From the NCBI GenBank assembly GCA_051362555.1, contig CM120641.1:42848401-42912400 (forward strand): a DNA stretch of 64,000 nt. The letters are read 5' to 3'. Positions 48,933 to 61,274 of the stretch are shown piece after piece. The notes beneath the pieces were generated by a model, which saw only the letters and a program-made list of their open reading frames with translations, had not been told where the DNA came from and ran no database searches. This DNA is from Lingula anatina. Its lineage: Eukaryota; Animalia; Brachiopoda. A program made the position numbers and the translations under genes. Position 1 is the stretch's first letter; the number at the start of each line of letters is the position of its first letter.

Positions 48933-50174
48933 TTAGACTTCTTTCAGATGTCCTCCATTCCGTAGGCCTCCATTCACAGTGGTGGTGGTAGGGTCTATAA
49001 TATCACCATTGTTGTTTTTGTATTTTTTCGTTTGGAATCGCTTAAAAAGTTTGCAAACGATATCTGCCACAACAATGTCATTTGTGTTTCTGGCCATAAG
49101 TTTTAAAATGAACGCTCCGTCCAATCTTAAGTAGTCTCTGACAAACTCGTTGAGATCATTTTTGTCCGATTTACTACCCGGTTTAAGAAGTCCCTTTATT
49201 TTAAGGCAATTCCTGACAAAATATTGCCTTTCCCTCTGAAATGCTAAACTGACCCATATGAAAAACCCCATGATTGTGGCAATGGTCAACAACAGAAACC
49301 AAAACCAAATAAACAAATAGATTCTTTCGTTGAAATAATTCACAGGCAGCGCACACTGGACTGTATGACGATGGATGTTTCCACCCAAGACGCGGATCTT
49401 CAGGTTACAAAGAATGACCCTGGGGAATCGTGAAGTTTCAGTCCAGTCCCGCCATTGCATGAAGTCTGCTATTATCTCAGTGCCATAGGAATGGAAGTCG
49501 GTGCTTAGAAACCAGTTCAGTAAAAACATCTGTCCTATTATATTTAAAACGTAGAGCACCTTGCACCAGAGGAACAAGAAGAAGAGATAATTGCCCTTAG
49601 CGCGTCCGACACAAAAGCACCAGTAGCCAATAAGAATGCGTCTCACATACCCTTTACAGTCAATTTTGTACTTTCTACATCGACCAAGAAAACGTTCAAT
49701 ATATTTGCAGACGAGATCAACATTATTTTTTCTTTTTTCATTGTTCATAGTTTCTTTTTCTAATAACAGTATGATACTCCTGATATTTATTCCAGCCGAA
49801 CCACACATCAAACGCCAGACGACGCGAGGTGCATAAAACATGGCGGCTTGTACGAGAAGCACGAGAGGAATCCAAATGTAATATGTAAAATGTGGCGTTG
49901 GTAATTCAGGATCTGGTATCCTCTCTTGAAACGGAATGAAGTACATGGGTTCTATGAAGCACATCTGATTCGTGTATTTTTTCCATGCGCTGGTAAATTT
50001 ATCCGGAACCCAGCATATGATGGGGGACCCTGCGTACTGCTTCATGTTGACAAACAAAGAAAAGACCACCAGAATCAAAACCGTCCATCGGTGACTGAGG
50101 CGGTTGTAAAAGTCTTCGTCTGCTCGAAGACCTTGCAGCACCTTTCTCATCACCTTGATGCTCTCCGAAATCAT
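48933..50174 (-). CDS. Innexin (gap junction protein), paralogue 1, 413 aa, single coding exon
   Basis: KQYAGSPIICWVP..YTNQMCF, YYIWIP, FPRVILC..QCALPVNYFNERIYLFIWFWF; four TM segments. A splice acceptor 4 nt upstream of ATG 50174 makes that the likely start. Confidence 0.95.
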   Translation of the reverse strand: MISESIKVMRKVLQGLRADEDFYNRLSHRWTVLILVVFSLFVNMKQYAGSPIICWVPDKFTSAWKKYTNQMCFIEPMYFIPFQERIPDPELPTPHFTYYIWIPLVLLVQAAMFYAPRVVWRLMCGSAGINIRSIILLLEKETMNNEKRKNNVDLVCKYIERFLGRCRKYKIDCKGYVRRILIGYWCFCVGRAKGNYLFFLFLWCKVLYVLNIIGQMFLLNWFLSTDFHSYGTEIIADFMQWRDWTETSRFPRVILCNLKIRVLGGNIHRHTVQCALPVNYFNERIYLFIWFWFLLLTIATIMGFFIWVSLAFQRERQYFVRNCLKIKGLLKPGSKSDKNDLNEFVRDYLRLDGAFILKLMARNTNDIVVADIVCKLFKRFQTKKYKNNNGDIIDPTTTTVNGGLRNGGHLKEV

Positions 50175-52999
50175 TTTGCTGAAAAGGAAACAAAAGGACA
50201 TGAAAATATGATTTCATACAGTTCCTGTATGGAACAGCCACTATATTTTGGGGAGTCAGACAACGTAACATTCTGTGGCTATATACCTCGTCACCTTTTT
50301 GGGGAATAATTTTATCTGGGGATCAGCATTCAGGATCTCCCTCTCGCCCCTCACACACCTCCTTTTGTCCTGGCAGACAGGGCAGCCTTTTATTTTAGAA
50401 ATCAAGGTACCGTTAATATATTTGCCCAATACAACATTATTCTGGTTAGTTTACATTGTGTCATTTGTCGAGCCGGTGAGTATTATTTAAACAACACACA
50501 CACTTTAATTATTTTTATGACACCTTTCTTAACGCACTTGTGACTAAAATTGACATGCACCGTTACCTCCCTGGTGGATGTCACCCGAAGAGTTTGTATA
50601 TTTGATTTGGGATGTTTTATAGTTAAACAAAAAATCGGTGCTGGTTTTACTCTAACATTACACTTTTTATGTACTGTTTCTCTGTACCAAGGCGAAAGCT
50701 TACTAACTATAACGCGCATGAAATTGATATGCTCTACACCACAAACAAATTAAAATAACTCTGCTATGCAAAGAACCGCGGTTTCAAATTAGCAACAAGT
50801 CTTTGCTATTACATCAGCCGTTACCTGTAGCAGGTATCTGAACACCTTGTTATACAACAGTTTATCAGAGTACAGAGTACAGTTATTTCATATTGCCTCT
50901 ATGAGGATGAATATTTATCATAAAACGTTGGTTTCTATTCAGCGTAAAAATGGCCAAGAGGCGGTGGCCGTGGTTGTCAACGTATTTTGATAATCTTTTG
51001 CGGTGGTTGGATCTCATCGTGATTACAAAGTATGCCTTCTGATCTAAATATTGAGCATTTGCTTTCACATAAGTACCAAACTGCCCAATATAATTTGGCC
51101 ATAGGAAAAGAATAACTGCTACAACCACACATATTCCCTTTTGTGGTAATTATTCCTAATAGGACACTGTTAGGAAAAATATGATGAACATGTTTAAAAC
51201 TTCCCTCCAGTACAGACCTAACGAAATGACTTCCAGAGGGGCCTGATTTACCGTATGATTTATGATCGGCAGACGGTGAATGCCACAAGTCTTTTATACG
51301 GTATTGAATTTAGAAATTTTAAGACTGTATCCGAATTCATTTTGTGTGTGTGAGATCAACGTGCACTCAACATTTCAATGTACACTTGGGCGTTATTTTA
51401 CTGTGTGTATAGACCAACAGATTAACCCGAGTAAAAGACGAGAGGTGTGTTTGTATGCTAAAGCTCAAGCGCTCTCTCTCTCTCTCTCTCTCTTTCTCTC
51501 AAGCTACAATGACATAAATTGTATCATATATTCACTAAAGAAATGTACAGAATTGGTAATTGCTGAAGATGTGTCCTCAAAGATAGCACATATTAACATA
51601 TTGTTTTTTCCCTCTGATACAACGTATGCGTAACGTAGCCTACTCCTGGTCAGCAGATTTTGAATTCAGTCAAGTGAAAATAAAAATTAAAAGTTCTGAT
51701 CAGTTATATCAAATTATAACACATAAGAATAGTACTGATATGTCCAAAGTAATGTTGTTAAGCTTCATATTTATATATAACTCTGTACGAAGAAAAAAAA
51801 AGTTCAAAACTAGTTCTGAAAACGAGAATGTTTAATTTTTCCGAATTCGAATATGTAACTTGCCTTCTTTGTTGTTCTCAGCGTGTTTTCGGGTGAGTTG
51901 AGTATCATAAACAGCAATCTCAACTGGCAAACACCTCCGTTTCACGTTAAGCCGTTATAATGCCGCCAATTTGATAGACTACCGTATTTTATCTCTCATA
52001 AGGTGAAATTCCGAGAAACTGCCAACAATTTGCGTTATGTTGTACACACGTACAGCACAGTCTACGTTCGTTGGGGACCAATCCTATAAATATGATTGTA
52101 TTATTAATCTTAATCTTACTCACACAGTGCTTATTCATTCATACACAACTTTGCTCGCTGAATGAAAGGCAGGTTCACAATGTCCTATGTAAACAGCGGG
52201 GGAAATGTATTATTCGTTTCAGATCTACATAACAAACGCTTTCTCCGGTATTTTAATTGCCTTCCTACTCCAGTTGGAAGATCCGTTGTAAGATGTATTG
52301 TCTGAAAACACCCCTGTACTTTGTTTGCAGGCAAGTCTGCCCGTTTCCCTTCCCGGGGCATGAAATCTTTGTAATCATTCGGTAGTTGTTTGTATATATG
52401 ATCCGTGACCTCTGAGCTGGGTTCTTAGAGTATACCTATACACGGTCACCGAGGGCGACATATTTTTGACACACACCATATCGCATCTCATGAACCTACA
52501 CCAAATTAGATTAGCAGAGGGGCACGTGCCAAGGAATTGAAAAGCTTTACAATGCAAATTTATTTCTTTTCAAATTCACCAAGAAGGGGTTGATATTTTC
52601 GGATCTTATTACGAAGCTAATTTATTTGATGGTCGATGAAGAAAATGTGGCTGAAATTTTCTTATCATCGTTGGTCCTACTTTGTTACATCTTTAAAGGA
52701 GAGTCACAGCCGTTACGGTCTTTGGAAGAACTAATTTAAATACTATGAGCAAATGCCTGCTACATGAGAGCATTTAATTCAAGCTTTTTTTCATAGAAAT
52801 GAGCTCATTTAATCTTGTACTGGTAAATGCAGTATCCCCACGGAAGTTTTTTAAAATCAGATAATAGTTACAGGGTACTTTGCAAAAGAAACCTTGTCCT
52901 TCCTCTTTTGAAGGATGCAATATGTATTATTAGACCTTTGTGTTTATTTGAGATTAAAATAAAAAAACTGGAATGGAGTAGGCCTACTCTATACACATA

Positions 53000-53174
53000 G
53001 GCCGCATTCAGAACAGTGGACTAACTAGTCCGAGGGTCAAATATGGCGACCCACTTTAAAACTTGCCGTCTAATCTGCTAATAGACACTGAATAGATTTC
53101 CCATGGAGAAGTATTCAAGCGGGTCGGCTATATTTGACCCTCGGACTAGTTAGTCCACTGTTCTAAATGCGGCC
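53000..53174. mobile_element. 175-bp hairpin MITE, Harbinger-like
   Basis: ggccgcattcagaacagtggactaactagtccgagggtcaaatat / atatttgaccctcggactagttagtccactgttctaaatgcggcc; ATA duplicated at 52997-52999 and 53175-53177. Confidence 0.85.
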
Positions 53175-53836
53175 ATACTGGTAAATAACACTTATATGCT
53201 TGCAGTTCGCTTGGGTACGCTTGCAGAACTAAACCTGCCCCACTTACTATATATTATTATTATTTTAGTTCTAACGTTGATTATATTATACATGTCGACT
53301 TCATTGATTGGTTAATCTTTTTTATACATATAGCAGTTTAGTGCTATGTTGCCAGTGTGCCATAGAACATGTTGGATCTGTAGGGCAGCGATATTCCATT
53401 AAAATGCGTCAGTAGAGACAGACCCGGTTGCGAAAATCAATAGCACTAAATGCGTTGGAGCATGAAACGTACCCAGATATATATTATTACGTGTGCCTTT
53501 GCCTGTAGCACTGTGGATTTATTCATTTATTTTATATTTTTGTCTTGATATGTTCCAAAGTACTTTATTTGGCTACAAAAATGAATCTGAAATTTATTTT
53601 TTCTATGTTACCAAACCATCTTCATTTATTATCCTTCGAGAATAGTAGGAAACGATTCTCTAAATGGTACCTTACATGACGCACTGGTTCGGTTTATACA
53701 TTTAAGTACCTTAAACATTAAAGACGCAAACTTCCATTATGAAATTATGCTTCAGTTTTTTTTCTTTTTCCCCGTTACGTATACATATTTCTGATATTAG
53801 TAAATTATTTGCAACCCATGTCAATTACTGCATTAA

Positions 53837-54069
53837 CGGTGGCGGATTCATGATTATTTGAAGGGCAGGGTCCGGTTTTTAGAATTGACAGGCCGCGGAT
53901 GCGAAAATTTTGGTATTTTAGAGGTCGAACGGTGCCATTTGGTACGGTTTAGAACTATGATTCAGCTAGTCAAAATACTAATTTCAAGATGGTAGCATTG
54001 GGGTGATTTTTTTCAGTAATCGAAGGGGGGTCAGGACCCCCTGACCCCCTCCCCCCATCTCCGCCACTG
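53837..54069. mobile_element. Possible hAT-like MITE
   Basis: Ends cggtggcgga / tccgccactg, with a subterminal palindrome gggggtcaggaccccctgaccccc. Flanking 8-mers match only partly. Confidence 0.5.
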
Positions 54070-54806
54070 AATTTTAAGGAGCTTTGGGGACTTAAATCAA
54101 CAAACACTGGTTTTATTTGAAAACAAAAAATATAAGTGTTTTATTCGTAAATGTGTGACATGTACATTTTAATCTACCATGTAGATGCATACGCTACACT
54201 GAATAAAGCATGTTATGTACAGTAAAAGGCATAAAAATATGCGGATCCTGCCCCATACATTATTCCCGTCTCTTCCAGGCATCCTAAATATATCATAAAT
54301 CGGCCAAATGTCAACATTTTGACTGGTTTAAAATGAGTTGGAAACAGCCATTCCCAATTTGCGTGAACTAAAAGACAAACTGAACTATAATCATTTATAG
54401 GTGAGATCAAATTATCATAGCAAGCACATGCAAGTTAAACTCAAAATAGCAGTGAATTTGAATATGTGCTGTCTATAGTTTATATGGTCAGACATGTACA
54501 GTTTAAAGAATCTTAAACGTCGCTTGGCTAATGGCAGTTCTTGGGTGATAATATATATTACATTCCAGGTGACATTAATTACAAGCAGTGTAAAACTGAT
54601 GTGATGTGCGGGTGATAAGCCAACTGAGCCATTCGATTTTGATACAAAGTCGTCGTTTTTGTAATAAATTTGCCAACGGAAGCTGTGTAGCAATCAGACC
54701 ATTATAAACAAGTCAATGAGATTTGTTTTCCCCCATTTGATCTTTCTGCCTTTTAAATCATGAACCTCAACAACATATATTACGCACGTTATTTAGATTT
54801 ACTTCA

Positions 54807-56069
54807 TCAGTCTTGATGTTCTGGTAGCTTCGGGTATGTTCCATTTGGCCGGCCTGGTGCTTCGTTTTCAGTCATTGGAATACCTTCGCCATCGTTATCA
54901 AAGTTGTTGTTGTATTTTCTGTTCTGAAACCTTTTGAACAGTTTGCATACCACGTCTGCCACTGCTATATCGCTAGTATTCCTAGCCATGAGCTTCAGGA
55001 GGAACGCACCGTCCATTCTTAGGTAGTCCTCCACGAACTCCCTAATATCTTCTCTGTGTGGCTTGTATCCACTCTTTATAAGTCCCTTAATCCTTAAGGA
55101 GTTAACGATAAAGTGCTGCCTTTCCCTAGTAAATACCATGCTGAGCCAGACGAAGAAACCCATAATTGTGGCAACGGTGAGAAACAGAAACCAGAACCAA
55201 ATGAACAAATAGATTCTTTCGTTGAAATAGTTCACGGGCAGCGCACATTGGAGTGTATGGCGATGGATGTTTCCACCCAGGACGCGGATCTTCAGGTTAC
55301 AAAGAATGACCCTGGGGAACCGCATCGTTTCTGTCCAGTCCCGCCATTGCATTATGTCTGCCATGATCTCTGTGCCAAAGGAATGGAAATCGGTGCTGAG
55401 GAAAGCGTTCAGCAAGAACATCTGTCCAATGATGTTTAAAACGTAGAGTACTTTGCACCACAAGAATAAGAAGAAGAGATAATTACCCTTGGCACGTCCA
55501 ACACAAAAACACCAGTAGCCAACAAGAATGCGTCTCACGTATCCCTTAAAATCTAACTTGTATTTCCGCGATCGCATCAAAAATCTTTCAAGATACCTGG
55601 TCACCAGATCGACATTGCCTTTTCTTTTATCATTATTCATATTTTCTTCTTTTTCCATGATGAGTACAATACTTCTCACGTTAACCCCAGCCGATCCACA
55701 CATGAGGCGCCAAATCGCTCTTGGAACATAGAACATGGCGGCTTGGACAAGAAGGACGAGAGGGATCCAAATGTAATATGTAAAATGAGGCGTTGGCAAG
55801 TCAGGATCTGGTATCCTCTCTTGAAAGGGCACGTGATACATCGGCTCGATAAAACACATCTGATTTGTGTACTTCTTCCAGGACGATGGGAAATGCTTTG
55901 GGACCCAGCAGATGATTGGTGACCCTGCGTATTGCTTCATGTTGATGAACAGAGAGAAGACAATCAACAGAATGACCGTCCATCTGTTGCTAAGGCGATT
56001 GTAGAAATCCTCGTCTGCTCGAAGACCTTGGAAGATCTTCCGCATCACACTAATGCTTTCGGAAATCAT
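54807..56069 (-). CDS. Innexin, paralogue 2, 420 aa, single coding exon
   Basis: Same innexin motifs and four extracellular cysteines; closely similar to paralogue 1; acceptor just upstream of the ATG. Confidence 0.95.
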   Translation of the reverse strand: MISESISVMRKIFQGLRADEDFYNRLSNRWTVILLIVFSLFINMKQYAGSPIICWVPKHFPSSWKKYTNQMCFIEPMYHVPFQERIPDPDLPTPHFTYYIWIPLVLLVQAAMFYVPRAIWRLMCGSAGVNVRSIVLIMEKEENMNNDKRKGNVDLVTRYLERFLMRSRKYKLDFKGYVRRILVGYWCFCVGRAKGNYLFFLFLWCKVLYVLNIIGQMFLLNAFLSTDFHSFGTEIMADIMQWRDWTETMRFPRVILCNLKIRVLGGNIHRHTLQCALPVNYFNERIYLFIWFWFLFLTVATIMGFFVWLSMVFTRERQHFIVNSLRIKGLIKSGYKPHREDIREFVEDYLRMDGAFLLKLMARNTSDIAVADVVCKLFKRFQNRKYNNNFDNDGEGIPMTENEAPGRPNGTYPKLPEHQD

Positions 56070-57662
56070 TTTGCTGGAAACAAAAACAAATAGATCATAA
56101 GGTGACTGATATAAAATCTTTAGTTGTTGATATTAATGAACGTTTTTCGAATATGTTTGAAAGAAAAGTAGGACTTTATGTAAATAATGTCGTTAAATTT
56201 GATCAGTTAAAAAGACCAGTTTGGATGCTTGTGCGCTTGTCAAAAGTTATTAAATTCCTCTTTCCGGGCGATTTAGAGAGACTTGTGGGTTCTAATGTCA
56301 CATTACATTTGTGTTTAACAATTGCACCCCAATTTGTCTACGTGCCAAATCAAAACTTAACCATATATTCCCTGGGCTATCCGTTAGAGTACAACATTTG
56401 AATACCCTCCTTCCTTTCACTATGCCTCTGATAAACAGTGTATATGCCGCTATCCTAGCAGGAGTTTTTCTACTTCAGAGGGTAGAATATTGGCCAATTG
56501 CTCATTTTAATCTTGGAGGCAATATGTGCAGAAATGTTAAAGTTAACAAATGGGCCAATTAACTCTGTCTTTTCGCTCGATTTTCCCTTCTTATTATTGC
56601 AAGATAACATATTCGCGTTAGAACACAGTATGCTTAATACTTACATGTTTTAATGCTAAGAAATGAAATGTTTTGATTACTTTTCCTCAATGTTTCATCA
56701 GAAGTAGTTCAAAATAGCGGCGTCTCCATCTTCTTGTGTACCATGTCCGCAGCACCAGACCGTTCTATAAGAAGGGAGGCCAACATGGGTATTTGTTGAT
56801 AAAAGTATTGATATGCAAATCTCCCCCTTTCAAAGTCCGTTGTTGTTTTCTTTGGTTAAGGGTTTTGTAATCCATGTCTGGATTTTCAAAATGTGAATTA
56901 CTGACGTGGATATTAATCGAGTTGACCTTTACGAGTGGGCAGAAAGAAGCATTGTAAGCAGAAAATAGCCGAACCAGAAGAAAAAATACATGCTTAGTTG
57001 TTCTAAAACTGCGGCAAATGGAGCCTTGAATTTATTCTTCTTTTCCTTTCATCAGAAATGTAGATTTATATTTATGTAAGTGTGTCCTTGAATGAAGGGT
57101 TGTTTTCGAATCGGTTAGTCTTTGCAGTGGCCATTGTTGGGGGTGTTATTTAAAACTTCACGTGCATATGTCACCCCCTTGAAGGTTTTAACGTTCAGCA
57201 AACATGGGTGAATATTTGTCGTTACATTGAATCATTTTATGTGCCATAATGTAATGCTTCTTTACAAAAACTCTCTTTGATCTTTGAATTTCCCTTTAAC
57301 CTTTCTTAAAAAGATACCGTTTCTTGTGTGTGTGAACGTCCAGAAAATATACCCACGAATTGTATTCTGTTTTCAAATGACGTAATTTTGTGCATGACAT
57401 TGAGACAAAAGGGACGGCTCCTTAGCTCAGATATTCCGTCAAATGATTTCTAAACGCGTGTTTGACACTTCATGTCAATTTTCAACGACAGCGTTTCCCT
57501 TTATTAAACAAAATGTATTAAATTTCGTTTGCCAATTCTCGTCATTGCCAGTCTCTGCATTGCCTCGTATTTCAGATGTTCTTCCCGACTGAAAGTTAAA
57601 ATTAAAACAAGGCATGATGACATTACTGCATGGCTTTCCTGTGCGCATTTATAAATGGGTTA

Positions 57663-57666
<4 letters not shown>

Positions 57667-57700
<34 letters not shown>
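57667..57700. repeat. (GT)n microsatellite
   Basis: Directly visible. Confidence 0.95.
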
Positions 57701-57704
<4 letters not shown>

Positions 57705-60008
57705 TGTATATATAAATATAACAAAGGTCTCATTTTATGTTGTTTTTGTTGTTTTTTTTTTTTTTGTATTACAACGTTTTTAAAAAATATTTTCGATAGT
57801 AAACTTAATACTAACAAGTCTAATATGCAAGCCCTTGTTATCACAGTTATTCGGTGTACATTCCTTTTAAAATGTTTTAACTCAGATTGGTTGTCAACAC
57901 GCGCAAGCTTCAGTTGGCTCGTTATATACATGTGTATTTACAGATAAATCGAAATCAGAAACATTAATTCCATTTACTTATTTTTATTCTGGATAAAGTG
58001 TGTGTGCAAATGTGACATCTACAAAAACATCGTTTAGACGGACATTATGAAACAGTGGCAATTAAAGTGCAATACAAATGTTCAAAAACAAATCTCCTTA
58101 TTCAGAGAGACCAAATGTAAAACAACATAACTTTGAATATGTCTATTTTTCAGCATGTTTGAAACATGAAAAAAGTGGCAGTCAGACATATCACACATAT
58201 TTCGCTGTAAAGTAACACTAACTGTGTATGAAATTTAATAATGAACAAGTGAATAAAACACGTTATAAATACAGAATTCAAAATATAAAAAGTTAAATTG
58301 TTCAAACATGTTCCACAAAAGCCAGATATGTCAATATCTATTGTGATTTTCAATGTATGGTATAACATAGGCCTCAGCCATATAAAAACACCATATAAAA
58401 CGTTCTTAAGGACGGAATGATAAGGTATAAACATAAATTTTTCTATTTGGCAATTGCACAAACACAGATTCAAGAAATTAGAATTGGTTTGGAATGCTTT
58501 CTCTGGCTGTGGAATTGCTCTACTGTTATGAAAAATATGACCACTGTAATCTTGCAAGTTATTAAAATACTGTGTTAACTGAGTTGACAAGCGGTGTATA
58601 ATCTTTAAATATACTACCTTGGACGGATTAAAATGTGTATTCCTAAGTCGTTCAAATATTGGACATACTGGACATTATGTACAATAAAAATATCAAGTGA
58701 GCAAGGGCGAATGCGGACATTACCTTACATAAGACCCAGTTGGACGAAAGACATTCTATGTAATATATGGAAAATAAGTTATCGTGAGCTTTAAGTGAAA
58801 AAATGCATTGTAGTAGTATTTGATTATCAATTTGCATTGATTGTCTAATAATGTATACATTTTCTCAGAATTATAACATTTAGGTCAAATTAACAAGTCT
58901 AGTGAAAAGCGTTAGATCATTACTACAAAACAGCATATATTAAAATGGAACAAAACCTGCAAAATAGCCATATCTAATGTTTGAATAAAATATGGAAGAC
59001 AACCAATAGTACTTCACGCTACTGTGAAATACACTGTACCTAACAAACATTTGTATTTAAGATTTACTTTGTGAAAAATGACGTCGTTTTGCTTACATAG
59101 TATATTAACCTATTGTCATGAGGCAAAACTTAACGCGCTTCCTCCAACGCCCATTGGCAACCTATCCGCCCGTGTTTGCCTCCAGATACGTGGCCAAAAT
59201 ACGCAATCGTCACATCAACTACCTTGCTAACAATACAGGAATGTTAATATTGAGATCGACGGTTTAAAATGAGAATTGATATCATTCCTCCATCACAAAG
59301 GTAGCACCTTAATTGCACAATCTGTATTTAACCTGCTACCACGCCGCAGTTCTAACTGTTTGCTTTGGAAACACTGCCATACACAAACTACCGTAGAATG
59401 ATTTCTTTTTTGTTTATGCACTAAATTCACAAACATGATATGGATGAATGGGACTTTCTACACTAGTCTTATCATCGCGTTCAGTATTTTGATTTATGGT
59501 GTTTGCGAACGTCTCGATTACTAATAATATTTTTTCAAAGCTGTCGTAATTATTTGTGCATAATGGGTGGGTAGAAGGAATCGCTTAAAACTGATTGTAC
59601 GGGTTTTAGACAACTGGTCACATGATTGATGGAGATGGCTTGTCATCTTAATTAAATAAATTCAATCCATAAACCATAATATTACAATCTCTACACTTTC
59701 ACAACTCAAACTCCATTTTTTAAAATATGCAATAATAAAAGTGCCTAGAAATGCCATCACCTATGACAGATTACGGCTGATTTCATCCACTGGCTATACA
59801 TTAAATGGGTTAAATATTCGTTGTACTTAGATATGTATACAAAAAATATAATAAAAAATCATTTTTTTACATACAATACATGTATAAATGGATCAGTTGT
59901 TCTTGTCATGGGTGAAAAAAATGTCATAGTTTGGAATGTTAAGATTTTCAAAAACGCACAGACAAAGTGCATTTTTACTTCGTCCACTTTTAATGATTTC
60001 TTGATAAA

Positions 60009-61274
60009 TCAAAGGCCTTTAGGAGGTTCACTGTCGTCTGCATCAGTTGGTGGAGCGCTGGGACTGGAAGCGTCGTTTGCTTTTGGAGTTAGTGGCATCC
60101 CATCAGGCTGGAGTTCTTTGTGGCGTTTCAGATATCTCTTCCATAGGCTATACACCACTCTGGAAATCACGACATCGCTAGTGTTCTTGGCAAGAAGTTT
60201 TAGCACAAACACCCCGTCCATTCTCAAATATTTGGTAACGAAGTTTTTCAACCGTTTAGTGTCTCGGTTCTGTTCAATGGAGTCGCCTTTGCCGGTCATG
60301 GAAATCGTTTTCTTCACAAACACTTTCCGTTCATTGACCGAGAAGAGACTCATCCATGTAAAGAACCCAAATATTGTTCCAGCTGACACAAACACTAGCC
60401 AAAACCAGAGGAACATGTAGATCCTCTCGTTGAAGAAGTTAATAGGCAGTCCGCATTGAATGGTGTGGCGGTGTATGTTGCCCCCCAATTCGCGTATTTT
60501 GATGTCACATAATGTTGTTCTGGGGAACCGTCCCGTTTCCGTCCAGTCCCTCCAGTTTATGAGATCTTCTATTATTTGGTAGCCATACATGGTAAATTGT
60601 GTGCCAAGAAACGCGTTTAGGAGAAACATCTGACCAAGACCGTTCACCATGTACAAAATCTTAATCCATAAGAACAACATGTAGAGATAATTTCCTCTGC
60701 GTTTCCCTACACACACGCAAAGATAGCTACTCATTATACGACGGGCCCAGGCGCAGCATCCGTGGGGCTGGTCTCGAGTAGCGTCTAGATAACGCGCTAA
60801 ATAACGGGTTACCTCTTTAACGTTGCTCTTCATTTTCTTGTGCTCTATGATCTCGTCTCTTTCTAGCTTTTTGAACATGGCCTGGATGTCTATTCCTGAA
60901 TTGTAACTTAGCAGCCGCCAGGCAACACAAGGTAATTTGAAAAGCAAAGCCTGCAGAAGGAGGACAATGGGAACCCACTGATAGTAGGCAATATGCGGCT
61001 TGGGGTCGTCTGGATTGGGAATTCTTGTTTCAAACGGAACCCAGTAGGTGTTTGAAATCCAGCACATGGCGTTCGTATAGTCTTCCATGGCTCCTGTGAA
61101 TCTACCTGGCACCCAGCAAAGAATAGGCTCGCCGACGTACTGCTTCATGGTGGTCAAAAGGGCAAACACGAGCAGGACCGCCGCCGAGTACCTGTGGTTG
61201 AGCCTGTCGAAGGAGTCATCGTCGCTTCGAAGGCTCTTAAGGATGGGTCGTAAATATTCAGTAAACGGTGCCAT
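60009..61274 (-). CDS. Innexin, paralogue 3, 421 aa, single coding exon
   Basis: DDDSFDRLNHRYS, KQYVGEPILCWVP, YTNAMCW, canonical YYQWVP, FPRTTLC, QCGLPINFFNERIYMFLWFW. Confidence 0.96.
   Translation of the reverse strand: MAPFTEYLRPILKSLRSDDDSFDRLNHRYSAAVLLVFALLTTMKQYVGEPILCWVPGRFTGAMEDYTNAMCWISNTYWVPFETRIPNPDDPKPHIAYYQWVPIVLLLQALLFKLPCVAWRLLSYNSGIDIQAMFKKLERDEIIEHKKMKSNVKEVTRYLARYLDATRDQPHGCCAWARRIMSSYLCVCVGKRRGNYLYMLFLWIKILYMVNGLGQMFLLNAFLGTQFTMYGYQIIEDLINWRDWTETGRFPRTTLCDIKIRELGGNIHRHTIQCGLPINFFNERIYMFLWFWLVFVSAGTIFGFFTWMSLFSVNERKVFVKKTISMTGKGDSIEQNRDTKRLKNFVTKYLRMDGVFVLKLLAKNTSDVVISRVVYSLWKRYLKRHKELQPDGMPLTPKANDASSPSAPPTDADDSEPPKGL

Noticed and set aside
57623-58590. ORFs 57623-57931, 57630-57947 and 58150-58590
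   Set aside because: Generated by microsatellite and AT-rich low-complexity sequence downstream of innexin 3; no protein-like features.
59821-60420. 199-aa plus-strand ORF, and similar antisense ORFs over the innexins and ARMT1
   Set aside because: Shadow frames opposite real coding sequence, with non-ATG starts and no motifs.
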